Made by a program: the position numbers and the translations under genes
In this document: positions 43,266-43,468 of the stretch, piece by piece
How the letters are laid out: each line of letters begins with the position of its first letter
Numbering within the stretch: the first letter of the stretch is position 1
Assembly: GCA_016618085.1 (NCBI GenBank)
Contig: JABLTG010000159.1
Span: 1 to 43,468, forward strand
Reading direction: 5' to 3'
Length of the DNA stretch: 43,468 nucleotides
Origin: Neovahlkampfia damariscottae
Lineage: Eukaryota
The notes under the pieces: generated by a model
What the model was told of the DNA's origin: nothing
Database searches by the model: none
The model's input: only the letters and a program-made list of their open reading frames with translations

Positions 43266-43468
43266 ATGGTTATTGTGATAAAAATGGCCAATTAGATTTA
43301 ATTTTGCCAGTTATTTTTAGAATTTTTATTTGAAGTTGTTCAAGTTGAACAAAAAAGACCTTTTGTTCAACTAGAAAATACTGAAAAAGATCTCAAGTAT
43401 TTAAAATGTCCAAACAGCTCAAATTGGATTCATTTTGGAAAGAAAAAAATGTTACTTCAACATCAACA
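43266..43468 (+). CDS. Possible 5' end of a gene running off the window
   Basis: CCAAT, then ATG 43266, a possible 42-nt intron (43269-43310), then an open frame LFLEFLFEVVQVEQKRPF... to the window end. No family recognised. Confidence 0.3.

Noticed and set aside
1..43468. Numerous short antisense or alternative-frame ORFs in the track (e.g. 12475-12720, 22679-23053, 29324-29527); CRISPR arrays, tRNAs, rRNAs
   Set aside because: The ORFs are shadows of real genes on the other strand or frame. I saw no repeat-spacer array, cloverleaf or rRNA-like sequence.

Overview
Very AT-rich, gene-dense eukaryotic (protist) nuclear DNA using the standard genetic code. Tiny GT-AG introns (27-47 nt) split most genes into several ORF-track fragments, intergenic gaps are very short, and a CCAAT box sits just upstream of almost every start codon. 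A DUF4116-repeat gene suggests a heterolobosean (Naegleria-like) amoeba; this is inference only. About 30 genes can be rebuilt by hand, including DsbA/HCCA isomerase, PHYHD1, PARP, ERI1-like, STRAP, NTH1, MICU, PreY, PIG-T, CDC26 (missed by the ORF track), RAD5/16-like SNF2-RING, KTI12, an AAAP transporter, SIR2, eIF4A, a B-box protein, SAS-4/TCP10-like, an Mrr-type endonuclease, a GPI-EtNP-transferase-like protein, a methyltransferase, EXD1-KH, LRR-RhoGEF-PH-PX-SRPBCC, TMEM42, PSMB1 and ALG13, plus several decayed genes. The main highlights are: (1) the window opens on the 5' end of an IS607-family serine transposase, the usual partner of Fanzor2/TnpB RNA-guided nucleases, apparently inserted after a CCG at the 3' end of the DsbA gene; (2) a 64-nt PIG-T intron made of two back-to-back mini-introns, a candidate zero-length exon or recursive splice; (3) a membrane-anchored prokaryote-type Mrr endonuclease; (4) a pseudo-PNKP/SWIM/RPA-OB fusion protein.
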